The position numbers were made by a program, and so were the translations under genes. This document shows positions 26,022 to 38,949 of a stretch of 64,000 nt of DNA, piece after piece. A model generated the notes under the pieces. It was given only the letters and a program-made list of their open reading frames with translations. It made no database searches and was not told the DNA's origin. The DNA is from Macrostomum hystrix (taxonomy: Eukaryota > Animalia > Platyhelminthes). The DNA lies in NCBI GenBank assembly GCA_950097015.1, contig CATNEN010000038.1:33418001-33482000 (forward strand), in the 5' to 3' direction. Position 1 is the stretch's first letter; each line of letters begins with the position of its first letter.

Positions 26022-28335
26022 ATGATTGTACCTGAGAAAGAGTCGGTGCCAGGTGAGGATTTAAAAGGCTAAATTGCACTGAGTTGACACAAAAATATCT
26101 GTAGCGGAATCAGAGCTAAAACAATGGGAGAATCACCAAGGCTAATTAGTTATGGTTTACACTACTAGCCAGAAAAGTGACTTTAAGCAAAGCAGAAAGA
26201 AACCTCTCGCTACCTTAAATTGCAGCAAGAAAATAAAATAATTAACTAGTCGCTTAAATTTGTTCTCACAGGTGTTCGGTCGGGTGGAAATTTTAGAAGG
26301 TCGCAGCTTTTCCTCCTTCGTCGAGAGCTTCGACGGTTCGCAACAGAGACAACAGCTCATGGCCTGAGTCGACTGGTTGGCAATGATCGGTCTCTGTACA
26401 TGAAATGCATCTGGATTGTCGTCTTCTTAGCTGCGTCAGGTGTGTTTGCCTACTGCTTCTCTGCATCGCTGAGCAAGTACATCCGGGGTGGTCACAGCAC
26501 GACTCTGTACGCCGACTACAAAGACTTTGTGTTTCCCGATGTGTACCTGTGTCCAGGAAACATTTTCTCCGGCAGCTACGGGTTCAGCTTGAATGCCACA
26601 GAAGCGAACGACCTGCGCAGTCGAATGATGGATTTGAGGTCGAAGTTTATTCAAATGTGCAATGGCTCTGTGTATCTTCTGCTCCGCGTTGTGCTCAACT
26701 CACTGCCAGTGAAGCTCGTTGCTGACCTAATGGGTCATCGACCAGTGCAGAATGTGTTGTGGGCCGGTCTGAAAAGTGACGCATCGAACGGCAACGAAAC
26801 AGTGGTTGAAGTTGAGCCGTTTTACCACTCATACGGCAAGCGATGCTCGAAAATTGTGCTTAGTAATGAAATTCGACAGACGCTTCGGAATCCGGCCAGA
26901 TCTTTGACTGCCTACCTGTCAGTCGACACACACATGCTGCAGTTTCCGGTCAATGCATCTAACCTTGTGCTGTTTCCATATCACAACTTAATCACAAACG
27001 TGAGCTCAGTTGAAAGTGGAATCATTCCGACCCAATGGAGTTATTACAATGGCATGGACCTGCTGGTTCCGGCCTCTCTGCGGCTGTTCCTGACGGATCC
27101 GGACACGTATCCGAGTGAGCTGAGCTCTGCCTCCGTGCTGCTCAGACCTGGCACCTCTAATGAGATCAAGATCTCAATGCTGCAGACAGAGAAGGATGTG
27201 TCCCAGCTGTCTAACGAGTGCCTGGCGGAGGAGAGCCGAGTCAGCTACTTCAATCCGTACTCACCTGAGCAGCCCTACAGCATGCGATACAGCTACGACT
27301 ACTGCTACTACGATGGTAATCCATGCACATTTACTAGCTTGATCAAAAGATGGATTTTGAACTGTGCTTTTGTCGGTACAGATTTCTCTATAGAGCCTGT
27401 GTTAAATGGTTTGCAAACAAGGTTATTACAAAGAATATTTTTAGAAATTCTCCAGAAGCAACGCTAAATAACTTTGTTACCATAAACTTCTTAGATATAG
27501 CTTCGTCTTATTTTAAAGGATGCTAGGTTCTCGAGTTTATTGCTAAACTTGACACATTACGTTAGCTTCAGTATTTCAAAAATTGTGCCATGCCAATTCA
27601 ACTCTAGAGGTGCACAGACGGACTCGAGAAATCCTGAACTGCATCGAGCAAGACTACCCCAGACCCCAGCACCACGCGGACTTACGATATTGCTCTAACT
27701 GGTCCGCTGTGGGTGTCTTCACTGACCCTCACACGTCCCGCATCCAGTCTGTGAGCAGCGAGGCAGCCAACGCCTGCGCAAAGAAGCGACCATGCACCGA
27801 GAGGTCCTACAGCCTGGCCTGGTCCACCGGCTCTTGGCCCACTGACACCGACAACCGAGACATGATGCATGGATTGCGTGCGGTCGTTAATAATAGAGGA
27901 CGGATGCCGATGGTTGAGTACCTTTACTCCGTGTTGGACAGAACCTATACCATCAATAGCAGCGACACCCGGCTGCTGCAGCGGATGCTGTTAGACCTGA
28001 ATCGGCAGCTGCAGTCGCAGGTGCTGCAGGTGAAGCTCATCAGTGCTGGACAGCTCAGCGCCGGCATGACGGTGTCTCTGGCCTACACTGGACTGAGCTT
28101 CTTTGCCGAGATCGGCGGTCTGTCCGGACTGTACCTGGGCTGCTCTGCGCTGACCTTCTTTGAAGTTGTAGAGCTGATTCATAATCTGCTGATCGCCGTG
28201 TGCCGTTCTGAGCGGAAACCAGACAAGACATCGTCGAATGGCACTGCAGATGGAGCGGAGGTCGCCATAGAGGGCGTGGAATCTGGTGTTCCTGGAGAGA
28301 ACAAGCAAGGTTTAATGGTTGAATGCATTGAGTAA
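26022..28335 (+). CDS. DEG/ENaC channel copy 3. Exons 26022-26052, 26272-27315, 27608-28335
   Basis: Same exon phases and motifs as copy 2 (TTAHGLSRL; EIGGLSGLYLGCS); the spliced frame is open. Confidence 0.92.
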
Positions 28336-29662
28336 ATGCTCCAGCAAGTAGACGTTAGTGCACGTTGCATCCTACTTGCAGAGAAGTTTTCACCTTTCGC
28401 ATCAAGTCAACCGCTCTGCCTTATGCTATAGGGTTAAAATTTCGAATAGTACTGAGTAAGTTTAACCAATTTTTAGTGCTCTTTTTAATGCAATAATGTC
28501 TGAAGATTGCTGAAGAATAGGTCTGAAGAATTTACCCACCCATTCCAATATTTTCAAGTTGCAAATCAATAAATTTTCTTTGAGCTCGCTGAAATCAATT
28601 ATTTGCGTGAATTCTACTTTTTAATTTGATTGCCGTAGTCAAATATTTTTTAGCTTGTTTATATATAGATTTCATCTTCTCTTACTTCTGCCAGCTTCGA
28701 AATTCGCAGTTTTTACAAACTGGACACCTTTTCACGTTCAATTTTGATAAAAATTTCAGTTTTAAAAAGACTTGCGAAAATTGAATTCCATTTTTAACGT
28801 TCGTATGAAGATTTACTAGCTTGTTTTGTATAAAAAAAGAACTTTAGATTCGCAGTTGGTTTGACAATTCAGTGAAACAGAACTAAATTTCACACGTCAA
28901 TTACAAGCCCAAGTATGTCAGATAATGTTTGTGTTCACACAATGTGCAGCTCCTTGTAAGCTCGAGGAGAGCAAATGTACGAGCGTAAATATCCGATGCC
29001 AATAGCCTGAGCCCAGCTGACTATTCACCGTACTACTTTTCGAAGGATGTTCTAAATATGGTGTTACCTGTCTCAGTAAGGATTCAATGGACTACAGCAA
29101 AGCTTTGAACAGCGCACGCTTAAAAGTCTTTGATTTGGCTTTTATTGAAATCTCTTGCGCAACTGGCGGCAACGCTTTCTACACAGAAGCAGATTTCTCT
29201 TGCTTGAATCGACGTTTGAACCTGAATCGACACAGTTTTCGCTACCGGGTTTTCTGCATCGAATCGCTTCAAAACTGGAGGATCGAGTCATTCGTAAATT
29301 CGGAACCGCTCCGGCTAGCAGCCTCTCTAGATTACTGTAGAGAGAGAGCTTGGCTCGCCTGCGATAGAGCGAGTACGCATATACTCTTTTAAAATGCTGC
29401 TGACACAGAAATTTCTAGACGTCGGTGTAAATCACCCGTTCGGTTTCAACGTTGACAAACCAAATCGCAAGCCTTCAGACATATTTTTATTCGGTTCGGC
29501 CAACAAAGAGGCGCTTCGATGCAGTTCACGGCTTTTGATTTGCTCGACTAAGCCGAGCAGCTTATTTTAACAGTTAGAAAGACCAGGGGCGAATTTCAAA
29601 TACCCAGAACAAGGACTAATATTTTCCACTCTCTCTGATTAAATAATTTCCAGAAAAACAAA

Positions 29663-29909
29663 ACATCGGCATCGTCGAGACATTCAACGATTCTCGTTGG
29701 ATCGAGTCGGATGTTCGACAACAAATGTCGGCTATCATTTGTAACTACGAGTATTTTGGGTTGATAAAAAAGTTAATTTTTATTTTTTGAAACATTTATG
29801 GATTTGCCGTAGAACTTTATTCAAAGCAATGCTAATTGTTCTTGTCACCAGGGTCTTTGAAAACAATCGCTGAATATCTCGAAGATGCTGATGTCGGACG
29901 GCTTTGAAA
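29663..29909. mobile_element. Inverted-repeat (MITE-like) element; related arm at ~56045-56100
   Basis: ACATCGGCATCGTCGAGACATTCAACGATT is inverted to AATCGCTGAATATCTCGAAGATGCTGATGT; the same arm recurs at 56 kb. Confidence 0.6.
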
Positions 29910-31561
29910 GTTAGTTCATCGTAAAGGTGGGAAAACTTTGATATATAGCGGGAGTCTCATGAAAGTCGGGGCTTTGGGAGCTATTGTGAAGTAGGCAGTG
30001 GGTGTTTAAAATGAGACAAACCGTATTATTAACTTTTGAGTACCGAAAGGTGAATTTCTATACACATGGAATTCAACGTTTTCTGTGCTTTTTCCATAGA
30101 AAATCAGGCTAATCATCGCAAGCCAATCAGGGAGAAAGAGGGTCTCGAGAAGCGAACTTTCAGCCCCAAAATGTTAGGCAGATGAGCAGTCCTTCCTTTT
30201 ACTTACGATATATAAGACCAGAGGATAGATAATAAAATGTGTGATCCTACAGAAAAAACCAAGATATGCGCAACATTGGAGTGTTTCGGGAGGTTAATGT
30301 AAAAGTAAGTGAACTCTTTATTTAGCTAGTCGAATTTCGTGTTCATTGATTAGTACCGTCATATTTGTTCTGACGTTAAAATATTTTATAGTTTACTTAA
30401 ATAGCTCGTACTTGAATACTTAAATACTTATAGTTTATATTCTATGGCATAGTAATTATTAATAAAGCAGAAAGAGTTACCTCTGGCGTCTTTTTTAGTC
30501 GTACAAAAACTCTCGAATCTTTCCTATAGTCACTCTGGGGCTGTTGGAAGCTTCTGACGATCTTCTGACCCAGCCACTGATGTGGCCAAGCACAGCTCTT
30601 TGTTTGAAAACAAATCCTTCAAGAACGAAAGCCGTTCTAGAGCAGCCTCCATTGGATCTTACTCGGAAGAGCTGTGTTCGGACAATCAGTTGGCCTGGAT
30701 CAGATGCCTTCCTGCCAGCCCTAGTGCCCTTGTTCCTCTCGCTGAACGTCCCTCTGCTACTGCGTCGGCTCATTTGTAGCCCGACCGACTCCGGGGGGAC
30801 TGCAAGGGGTGGGCGCTGCTCCGCTGGAATTGAGCAGTTTTTTTGCTCAAACCAACCTGCCTTCTCCCAAATTGGAAGACTGGCTAGAGAGCGGGTTTGA
30901 CAGGTTTAGTGCAGCAGAGGAGGTACCTTCCGGGATGGGGGAGGCAACTGCAGCCACCTCCGTGCGCCACTGCTTTTGTTTCAGCTCCGGAGCCCTCAGG
31001 AGAGACGGCGCGGATGGCCCACTCAATGCCGACCAGCGCAAAGCCACCTCCGCTACAGCCCGCAGCTCAGAAAAAATATGACTAGCCCGTAGACGGTGTG
31101 CTGCAGGCAGCTAAAGCGGCAGACATCAAAGAGATGCCTCTCCTATAGGAACAGAGGCTGCAGAAGCTCAGCTCAGGGATTGGCATGTGGTGAACAGAGG
31201 AGTCAGGTTCTGCAGTGGCATTGTCTCCCTCATCGTGCCAGCCTGGCCGTTACGGCCCTGCAGCTGGCGCAGCGGGCAAGCGAGAAGGATTTGCGATGAA
31301 ATCATCGCCACTTTGAGCTGCGTCTGTTTAAAATAAAAGCAGCTAAAAAAGCAGGGCTGGAAATTAACTCAATGCAGGCTGCGTGCACGGCATCGCGTCA
31401 TCCGTCATTCATCTGCTTCCGTGAATCAGATCCCCATCACTTGGCCCAGCTTCTCTCCAATTTGCATAGACAGAGAGATTGCAGGTTTTAATGCAACTGG
31501 AAACGCTCAGTTATTTTTCAATTATTTTGTTTTAACCAACTAGTTTTTACTATTTATGTCT

Positions 31562-34500
31562 AGTTGTGATCCCATGATTTCAGATTGTGATCCCATGATT
31601 TCAGATTGTGATCCCATGATTTCAAATTGTGATCCCATGATTTCAGATTGTGATCCCATGATTTCAGATTGTGATCCCATGATTTCAGATTGTGATCCAA
31701 TGATTTCAGATTGTGATCCCATGATTTCAAATTGTGATCCCATGATTTCAGATTGTGATCCCATGATTTCAGATTGTGATCCCATGATTTCAGATTGTGA
31801 TCCCATGATTTCAGATTGTGATCCCATGATTTCAGATTGTGATCCCATGATTTCAGATTGTGATCCCATGATTTCAGATTGTGATCCCATGATTTCATAT
31901 TGTGATCCCATGATTTCAGATTGTGATCCCATGATTTCAGATTGTGATCCCATGATTTCAAATTGTGATCCCATGATTTCAGATTGTGATCCCATGATTT
32001 CAGATTGTGATCCCATGATTTCAGATTGTGATCCCATGATTTCAGATTGTGATTCTATGATTTCAGATTGTGATCCCATGATTTCAGATTATGATCCCAT
32101 GATTTCAGAGTGTGATCCCATTATTTCAGATTGTGATCCCATGATTTCAGATTATGATCCCATGATTTCAGATTATGATCCCATGATTTCAGAGTGTGAT
32201 CCCATGATTTCAGATTGTGATCTCATGATTTCAGATTGTGATCCCATGATTTCAGATTGTGATTCCATGATTTCAAATTGTGATCCCATGATTTCAGAGT
32301 GTGATCCCATTATTTCAGATTGTGATCCCATGATTTCAGATTGTGATCCCATGATTTCAGATTGTGATCCCATGATTTCAAATTGTGATCCCATGATTTC
32401 AGAGTGTGATCCCATGATTTCAAAGTGTGATCCCATGATTTCAGAGTGTGATCCCATGATTTCAAATTGTGATCCCATGATTTCAGAGTGTGATCCCATG
32501 ATTTCAAAGTGTGATCCCATGATTTCAGAGTGTGATCCCATGATTTCAGATTGTGATCCCATGATTTCAGAGTGTGATCCCATGATTTCAGATTGTGATC
32601 CCATGATTTTAAATTGTGATCCCATGATTTCAGAGTGTGATCCCATTATTTCAGATTGTGATCCCATGATTTCAAATTGTGATCCCATGATTTCAGATTG
32701 TGATCCCATGATTTCAGATTGTGATCCCATGATTTCAGATTGTGATCCCATGATTTCAGATTGTGATCCCATGATTTCAGATTGTGATCCCATGATTTCA
32801 GATTGTGATCCCATGATTTCATATTGTGATCCCATGATTTCAGATTGTGATCCCATGATTTAAGATTGTGATCCCATGATTTCAGATTGTGATCCCATGA
32901 TTTCAGATTGTGATCCCATGATTTCAGATTGTGATCCCATGATTTCAGATTGTGATCCCATGATTTCAGATTGTGATCCCATGATTTCAGATTGTGATCC
33001 CATGATTTCAGATTATGATCCCATGATTTCAGATTATGATCCCATGATTTCAGAGTGTGATCCCATGATTTCAGATTGTGATCTCATGATTTCAGATTGT
33101 GATCCCATGATTTCAGATTGTGATCCCATGATTTCAGATTGTGATCCCATGATTTCAGATTGTGATCCCATGATTTCAGATTGTGATCCCATGATTTCAA
33201 ATTGTGATCCCATGATTTCAGATTGTGATCCCATGATTTCAGATTGTGATCCCATGATTTCAGATTGTGATCCCATGATTTCAGATTGTGATCCCATGAT
33301 TTCAGATTGTGATCCCATGATTTCAGATTATGATCCCATGATTTCAGATTATGATCCCATGATTTCAGAGTGTGATCCCATGATTTCAGATTGTGATCTC
33401 ATGATTTCAGATTGTGATCCCATGATTTCAGATTGTGATCCCATGATTTCAGATTGTGATCCCATGATTTCAGATTGTGATCCCATGATTTCAGATTGTG
33501 ATCCCATGATTTCAGATTATGATCCCATGATTTCAGATTATGATCCCATGATTTCAGATTGTGATCTCATGATTTCAGATTGTGATCCCATGATTTCAGA
33601 TTATGATCCCATGATTTCAGATTGTGATCCCATGATTTCAGATTGTGATCCCATGATTTCAGATTCTGATCCCATGATTTCAGATTATGATCCCATGATT
33701 TCAGATTATGATCCCATGATTTCAGATTGTGATCTCATGATTTCAGATTGTGATCCCATGATTTCAGATTGTGATCCCATGATTTCAGATTATGATCCCA
33801 TGATTTCAGATTATGATCCCATGATTTCAGATTGTGATCCCATGATTTCAGATTATGATCCCATGATTTCAGATTATGATCCCATGATTTCAGATTGTGA
33901 TCCCATGATTTCAGATTATGATCCCATGATTTCAGATTGTGATCCCATGATTTCAGATTATGATCCCATGATTTCAGATTGTGATCCCATGATTTCATAT
34001 TGTGATCCCATGATTTCATATTGTGATCCCATGATTTCAAATTGTGATCGCATGATTTCAAATTGTGATCCCAGGATTTCTAATTGTGATCCCATGATTT
34101 CAAATTGTGATCCCATGATTTCAAATTGTGATCCTAGGATTTCAGATTGTGATCCCATGATTTCAGATTGTGATCCCATGATTTCAGATTGTGAACCCAT
34201 GATTTCAGATTGTGATCCCATGATTTCAAATTGTGAACCCATGATTTCAGATTGTGATCCCATGATTTCAAATTGTGATCCCATGATTTCAGATTGTGAT
34301 CGCATGATTTCAGATTGTGAACCCATGATTTCAAAGTGTGATCCCATGATTTCAAATTGTGATCCCATGATTTCAGATTGTGATCCCATGATTTCAGATT
34401 GTGATCCCATGATTTCAGATTGTGATCCCATGATTTCAGATTGTGATCCCATGATTTCAAATTGTGATCCCATGATTTCAGATTGTGATCCCATGATTTC

Positions 34501-34945
34501 AGATTGTGATCCCATGATTTCAGATTGTGATCCCATGATTTCAGATTGTGATCCCATGATTTCAGATTGTGATCTCATGATTTCAGATTGTGATCCCATG
34601 ATTTCAGATTGTGATCCCATGATTTCAGATTGTGATCCCATGATTTCAGATTGTGATCCCATGATTTCATATTGTGATCCCATGATTTAATATTGTGATC
34701 CCATGATTTCAGATTGTGAACCCATGATTTCAGATTGTGATCCCATTGCTCAGATCGTGATCCCATTGTTTCAGATCGTGATCCTATTGTGTCAGTTTGG
34801 GATCCCATTGTTTTAAATCGCGATCCCATTGTTTTAGATCGTGATCCTATTGTTTCAGAACGTGATCCCATTGCTTCAGATCGTGATCCAGGATTGCAAA
34901 TTGTGATGCAGGATTTTAGACCTGATCCCAGGATTTCAGATTGGG
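31562..34945. repeat. 21-bp satellite TGTGATCCCATGATTTCAGAT, ~3.4 kb
   Basis: About 160 tandem units, degenerating to GATCCCATTGTTTCAGATCGT at the right end. Confidence 0.98.
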
Positions 34946-35391
34946 ACTCGCACTAATTAAATAATTAGATTTTCTAAACCTCTAAATAAAAGCTGCTAGT
35001 CATTACTGATGGCAGTATAGTTAGTGGTCACGTCTGTCGAAATATGAAATGACGGCTTAAAAGAGACCTTTGCTTTCAAGAATTAGCTGACTGTATAAAT
35101 ATATTTAGCTGCAGTAACTGCCTATGCCTTGTAACAATAGCTATGTGAACTTTGCTTTTACACCAAATGCTTATTACAGCTGTTGAGAATTAAAAGTATT
35201 TTTTTTGCCTTATTATTAATATCTTGACTCAGATAGTGCGCAAAAAGCCCGTGTTCTATAAAAATACGCGATCTATTGCACACAATGCAATGTAAGTGCT
35301 TAATTGTTTTATTTTAAGTACTGCATGACTAGTCATATCTGATAGAGGGCAAAGCACTTGACGATTAGATCTATTGGCAGCGATTAAATCT

Positions 35392-36003
35392 TCTTCTTCT
35401 TCTTCTTCTTCTTCTTCTTCGGGCGTGCGCGGGCCAGGGCCCATGGCACCGGGCATCAGATGATGCCCGCCTTCCCAAGCAGGGCCAGCACGGAAGCACA
35501 GCATTCAAAGACCGCAGCGGGCTCCGGGCAGGGGCCCCAGAGGCGGCAGCGGTGGGCGGTCAGGGCGGGGCAGGCGAGGAGCACGTGGGCCGCCGTCTCG
35601 TCGCCCTCGCCACAGAGTCGACAGGTGGGGGCCACCGGGGCGCCAATCGCGGCCTGGAAGCCCCGGAGGGCATGGCAGCGGTCGGCGCGCAGCTGGCAGA
35701 TCAGCCGCTCGTGCCGCCGCGAGAGGTCAGTCGGCGGAGGAGGCGGCAGGTGGCCCGAGGTGCAGGCGGCGTGCCAGGGCAGCGAGCTCGTGCCCGCAGC
35801 GTCGGCGGCCGCCGCGCGGTACAGCTGGTGCCAGCGGGCAAGGCAGTGGCGGCGAATGGCGGCCTGGGCCGCAGCCAGCGGGATGTGGGCCTCAGCCTGC
35901 GGCAGCGCGGAGCCGTGCTTGGCAATGGCATCGACCGCCTCGTTGCCAGGGATGCCCGCGTGGCCCGGGACCCACTGCAGGTGGACAGCGACGCCTCCGG
36001 CTG
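35392..36003 (-). mobile_element. 5'-truncated I-group LINE with (GAA)n tail and 12-bp TSD
   Basis: Minus frame reads LQWVPGHAGIPGNEAVDAIAK ... CRLCGEGDETAAHV. TSD GCGATTAAATCT at 35380-35391 and 36004-36015. Confidence 0.92.
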
Positions 36004-36195
36004 GCGATTAAATCTCGTTAGCATAGTAGGAAGCAAAATCATTGAATGCTATCATTATTTTGTTAAAATTTTAACCAATTACAGTGTTTGTATTTGTACT
36101 AACTGCGGTAGTCTGACTCATAATTCAAGCGTAAAAATAATCTTTAAAATGTACTTTAAAAGTCGTCAGATGGCGAAATCAAATTGACCTGTCAA

Positions 36196-38038
36196 TCATC
36201 TCAGTCCCATCGGTCGGCCATAAATCTGCTGGCGATGCGACATCCGCCGGATTCCGCCAGGCTGCCTTCTGCCGCTTGCTGTCAGGCGCTGCTCCAGTAG
36301 CAACAGCTGCCGCCGCTGGTGCTGACGCCGTTGGCGCTGACGCAGCAGCAGCAGTCGCAACCAGCCAGAGCAGCAGGTCAGCAGCTGGAGCAGCCAGCGA
36401 CGCATCTCGCGACGAAACCGTCCGCCTAGGGCCAGGTAGAACACCCAATTAGTGGCATTGTTGGCGTACATGAGGATGGACAGCGAGCGCTCCAGGATGT
36501 TGCGCGCCACCAGTTCGCACGGCCCCTCATGCGGTGTCGGCGATCTGTGGTTCCTGACCAACAGCAGCAGCTCGTAGGGCAGCGCGAACGCTAGGAAGCT
36601 GCAGTTCATGCCGATGAGAATTAGGCCCACGCGTCGGCGCTGCTGGCCCAGACGACGACTAGCTTCGTCAACCTGCTGGTGAAAGGCTTGCCGAAATCGG
36701 TGAATGCTGTGCAAAATGATCGCCGTGCTGAACGTCAGGCAGGCTGCCGGCAGTAGGACGCGCAGGGACAGGCTGCTGTAGTAGTAGCCCTTGGAGCCGG
36801 CGCGGGGCTGGCATCCTCCGCGACGCTGCCTGCTTAAGTTGCCGGTCGGAAGCGAGCTGTCTGCAACATTGAACTCCAGGGTGCTGGGCACCACGCAGGC
36901 TACGACCAGCAGGGATGCGGCCAGCGTGGCGGCCAAGGCTCGGCGAGAGCTTCGCTCGCTGATCGGGACGGTGGTGGATAAGCAGCGCAGCAGGGAGATG
37001 CCAACCTAAATAGAAATGCCATTCCGATTGAATTTCTCGATTTTCGGGGTGAGACAGGACAGTTACTATTGACCACATATTGTCTAACCATGTCATGGGA
37101 CGATAGAGCCATCACAACATAATAGTGTCACCAGAAAGCAGGAGCAACGTTCGCAACGTGTTTTAACATTTTTAACAGTTTTACCGATCTAACAGTTTAA
37201 AAAAATGTATTTTGTCCTGTGCAACACTCCAACGGCGGCAGACTTTTCGGACGTCACCGACTTCCAGCGACGTCGATTGCAAATGGGAACTTTTAAATTA
37301 CGCTGACGAAATCCGACGAAACAAAAATGCGCGAGAACGAACGAAACCTTGGGCAAAAAAAGGTGAGACGCAAAATCTGCTTAAAAACACAAACGTCGAC
37401 TGAGCGTCGGTGCAGCATAAAAGTTCCTATCTGCCATCAACGACGCTGGACGTCGGAAAATCTGTCGACGTCAGATTGTTGTACGGGTTTGTCTCATTGG
37501 CACCAACAGTGTCCAGAAGTTTCAGCAACTTTTGCGTTCCGACACCATCTGATAAAAGCATCTAATCGTCCGAAAATTATCCTGCCTAGATCTTCTCTAA
37601 TCAAATCGAAGGTTTTGGCACTTAGCAGACCTGCACCCAGCTGGACGCCAACAGGCTGTACAGCTGCAGTGTCATGATGGCATAGCAGCAGGCAGCATTC
37701 CAATTTCTAGGATCCAGCTGCATGCCTATCGAGCCATCCAGTGCCAACAGCACTTGGACAATATTGGCGTAGAGCAGAGCCAGACCAACGCTGAGAACCC
37801 CGATGTCCAGGAGGCAGAGGACGATAAACCAGGGTCTGGCGAGCTCCCGCTGGGCCCAGCGACTCCGCAGAAGGACCAGGGCACACAGGCCGCTGCCGCA
37901 GCAGCCGAGCAGGTACAGTCCGGGCACCAGCCAGACGAAGCCCAGTCGATAAGCAGCCGATAGAGTTTGCATCGCTGAGATCTTATCCAGAGCCTCGTGT
38001 AACAGGGCCTCATCGAGCTGGGACGAATTGCCTGCCAT
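36196..38038 (-). CDS. Rhodopsin-class GPCR, peptide/FMRFamide-receptor-like. Exons 38038-37631 and 37005-36196
   Basis: Phase-0 join gives TM3 LASSWVQ|VGISLLRCLSTTVP. TM2 LCLLD, TM6 FLAFALPY, TM7 ANNATNWVFYLALGGRFRREM. Confidence 0.88.
37216..37487. mobile_element. Palindromic MITE in the GPCR intron
   Basis: Long imperfect inverted arms (CCTGTGCAACAC.../...TTGTTGTACGGG); TTTGT flanks both sides. Confidence 0.75.
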
Positions 38039-38949
38039 GTCGCTTCGATTCCACTTCGTAAAGATAGGAAGCTCAAATTGGGGATCGGCTTCGTGTTAAA
38101 TTGCGTCCGAGTTTGTCTGCAGCGAGCCAATCGGGTTGGAGCTGAGCGGAAAATATCTTGAAGAGATCGAACAGAATGAAGTTATGGTGAAGCGATACTC
38201 ACATGAATATACAGTGGGAATATACAGCTCTGTGCATACGGCAAGATCGAGCGCTTATTACAGAGCTGCTGATTTCAACCAGTCAAAGTAGAACGAGCTG
38301 AAGCAAAAGCTGTAATAACTGATTCTGTAACTACGAAAATATATGAATTAGAGTAGTCAGGATCGACTTGACTTAAAAAATTCTTCGGAACAAAACTGGC
38401 AGCTATGATGGACAGCCCAGACAGCCACTGATATACAGCTTTGACACAGCTCTGATAAAGGCTCTGACAGGCATCACTGACTGCAGGAAGAGAACGATAG
38501 GGAATCGAAGGGTTCAGTTGTTTTCTACAGCATCTCAACCCGACCTGTTATAGAGATTAGTCCATCACTGGCTGGCACTGCGGGTGTCGGATTAGTTGTA
38601 GACAAACAAATCAGATCCGTAGCACCTGGCTATAACTCGTGTTCTAGTCGAAACTCGATGACAGACTCAGCCCCTGGCCCTACCCGGAGAGCTTCAAGTC
38701 TTTCATATCTTCTTGTTTGCTTTTCTTAAGGCGGCGAATGTGGTTCAGGTTTACATCCCACGAACACGCCCGCCTGAGGTGAGCGAGCAGGGCTTGGCAC
38801 CTGCCGGCTGCTCGACTGACTTCTACTGAAGCGGCTAGCTATTGATTTCCTGTCACACGGAAAGAGAGATGTCTGTTATCGACTTAAGTCAAGTAAGCCT
38901 AAAAGACGTGCTCAGAGTCATGAGTCTAGTAAATTGAGATATAGCGGTA

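Noticed and set aside
28960-29200. Tc1/mariner C-terminal remnant (SLSPADY-like)
   Set aside because: Similarity too weak to call by eye.
31540-34871. Long ORFs (MISDCDP)n, (GSQSEIM)n and (KSWDHNL)n as genes
   Set aside because: By-products of a stop-free 21-bp unit; no unique N- or C-terminus or splice context.
35460-36187. Plus-strand 183 and 211 aa ORFs
   Set aside because: Antisense shadows of the GC-rich LINE fragment.
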